Positions 39,495 to 40,830 of a DNA stretch of 40,830 nucleotides are shown in pieces; the first letter of the stretch is position 1, and the number at the start of each line of letters is the position of its first letter. Source of the DNA: Candidatus Dojkabacteria bacterium CG_4_10_14_0_2_um_filter_Dojkabacteria_WS6_41_15 (GTDB lineage: Bacteria > Patescibacteriota > Dojkabacteria > GCA-002793355). The notes below the pieces were generated by a model, which did no database searches, was not told where the DNA came from, and saw only the letters and a list, made by a program, of their open reading frames with translations. Where the stretch lies: contig PFQB01000107.1 in NCBI GenBank assembly GCA_002793355.1, positions 1 through 40,830 of the forward strand, written 5' to 3'. Made by a program: the position numbers and the translations under genes.

Positions 39495-40830
39495 TTACTC
39501 ATGCGCAACATCAACAATAATAATAGGATACCTTCGCAACACTTTATGGAAGAAGGCACCAACTCTCGCGTAAATCTCTTTCTTAACCGCTTTTTCGTCG
39601 GAAACTTTGCCACGTAAGCCTGCAATTCGCTGCTTGATTTCGGCAAGAACTGACTTTTGCTTATCTTCAGCATCAATGCCTTTAACCACAGTTGAAACCT
39701 TAGTAACCTTTCCCTTTTCAAGTACCAGAGATACCACGACAATGCCATCTTTTGCTAAGGCTTTTCGCTCGGCAATAATCTGCGCACCATCTTCGAGTAT
39801 CATGTCCCCTACCGCATAAATCGGATCAGCTGCAACTTTCTTTTCATGCTTAATTATGCCGTTTTCGAAGGCAAACACTTGCCCTTCTACGGGGATAAAC
39901 ACAGAAGATTCATTAATACCTGCTTCCTTCAGTACTTGTCGATGTTGCGCGGCAAACGAGGTAAACCCGTGTACGGGAATGTTGTACTTTGCATTCAAGG
40001 CCAAAGCCATTTCCTTCATATCTTCCTGATTCGGGTGACCACTTGAGTGAACATCCATTAAACGGGTGTTAATGATGCGAACACCACGACGGGCAATTGC
40101 ATCCATCAGATTCTGCACTTCCATTACTTTCGTTGGAATTACACTTGAGGACATAATGACCGTATCGGTTTTCTTCAGCGAGATAGTCTTATGTGTTCCT
40201 TTCGCAATTCTGGTAAGCGAGGCAAATTCCTCACCTTGGCTACCTGTCGATAAGATCAACAGTTTGTTATCTGGATGTTTATCCAAATCATTTCTGCCCA
40301 ACATTACATTGGCTTGAGGGTGGATGTACCCAATTCTCATAGCAATCTTGATGTTACTTTCTAAACTTCGACCTGAAACAAACACCTTTTTGTTCAGCTT
40401 TTTCGCAACATCGATAAGACCGCTCTGACGCGTAACCAGTGACGAAAACGTCGCGACGATTACCCGACCGGGAGCTTTCCGAATCTGCTCTTCTAGCACA
40501 TCTCGGATGTACAATTCTGAATTTGATTTTCCTTTTTCGAAAGCATTCGTCGAATCGAGCAAAGCTACTAAAACTCCTTTGCGACCTAGTTCCTTAATCT
40601 TTCCCATTTCTGTGGGAATATCGTTGATTGGCGTTTCATCCAACTTATAGTCGCCGGTATACACGACACGACCTTCTGGGGTATGAAAACATACACCATA
40701 AGCCTGCGGAATACTGTGCGTTACATGGAAAAACGAGATTTGCACATCACCAAACTTGAGAATATCGTCTTTTGCAACGGTATACAGTTTGGCTTGCTTG
40801 TCTTTTCGCGATTCTGCGAGTTTGTCTTTA
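39495..40830 (-). CDS. rnj: ribonuclease J (N-terminus beyond the window edge)
   Basis: FFHVTHSIPQAYGVCFHTPEGRVVYTGDYKLDETP, a beta-CASP region and HSSGH match RNase J. The reading frame stays open upstream of the track Met (actually an in-frame GTG) to position 40829. Confidence 0.9.
   Translation of the reverse strand, partial: KDKLAESRKDKQAKLYTVAKDDILKFGDVQISFFHVTHSIPQAYGVCFHTPEGRVVYTGDYKLDETPINDIPTEMGKIKELGRKGVLVALLDSTNAFEKGKSNSELYIRDVLEEQIRKAPGRVIVATFSSLVTRQSGLIDVAKKLNKKVFVSGRSLESNIKIAMRIGYIHPQANVMLGRNDLDKHPDNKLLILSTGSQGEEFASLTRIAKGTHKTISLKKTDTVIMSSSVIPTKVMEVQNLMDAIARRGVRIINTRLMDVHSSGHPNQEDMKEMALALNAKYNIPVHGFTSFAAQHRQVLKEAGINESSVFIPVEGQVFAFENGIIKHEKKVAADPIYAVGDMILEDGAQIIAERKALAKDGIVVVSLVLEKGKVTKVSTVVKGIDAEDKQKSVLAEIKQRIAGLRGKVSDEKAVKKEIYARVGAFFHKVLRRYPIIIVDVAHE

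Noticed and set aside
1-40830. An alternative genetic code (UGA recoding, as in some candidate phyla)
   Set aside because: TGA terminates well-supported genes, for example the MgtC-like gene at 10660 and the ATGA-coupled junctions at 32606 and 33857. Long ORFs are uninterrupted under the standard code.
1-40830. CRISPR arrays, rRNA genes, transposases, integrases, reverse transcriptases and prophage blocks
   Set aside because: I saw no spaced direct repeats, no YxDD, DDE or tyrosine-recombinase-like motifs in any ORF, and no rRNA-like stretches.

Overview
The window is a gene-dense stretch (about 90% coding, roughly 40% GC by eye) of a bacterial chromosome. Gene content and short, overlapping genes suggest a small-genome uncultivated lineage such as Patescibacteria/CPR, but that placement is inference only. 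Housekeeping genes I recognise are two minus-strand tRNAs (Glu-UUC truncated at the edge, Leu-UAG), rplU, rpmA, truB, hrcA, mutS, a TatD hydrolase, an FtsA-like ATPase and RNase J (runs off the right edge). Envelope genes include a DUF2298 YYY membrane protein, a processive GT2 glycosyltransferase, a VanY/M15B peptidase, and DUF2085 and MgtC/DUF4010 membrane proteins. Regulators include two OmpR-type winged-helix proteins, a TrmB-like protein and an XRE/CI-like protein. I saw no rRNA, CRISPR array, transposase or integrase, and the standard genetic code fits. The main candidate for an undescribed system is an eight-gene, translationally coupled minus-strand operon (27244-35095). It combines a truncated ArgRS-like class I aaRS core, two orphan proteins (one ATP-grasp-like), a Tmk-like kinase, an SDR, an HD hydrolase, an Amidohydro_2 enzyme and an M20 peptidase. 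It has its own near-consensus promoter and sits downstream of an XRE/CI-like regulator. Other notable points: twelve genes have a -10 box 5-7 nt from the start codon, implying leaderless mRNAs; two unannotated tandem micro-ORFs encode extremely basic 29-30 aa peptides; a PEP-synthase-like protein has Asp in place of the phospho-carrier His; a triple TTGGACA direct repeat abuts a winged-helix regulator gene; and an 18-nt duplicate of the tRNA-Leu 3' end bounds a structured RNA-like segment. All functional calls rest on motif recognition by eye, with no searches run.
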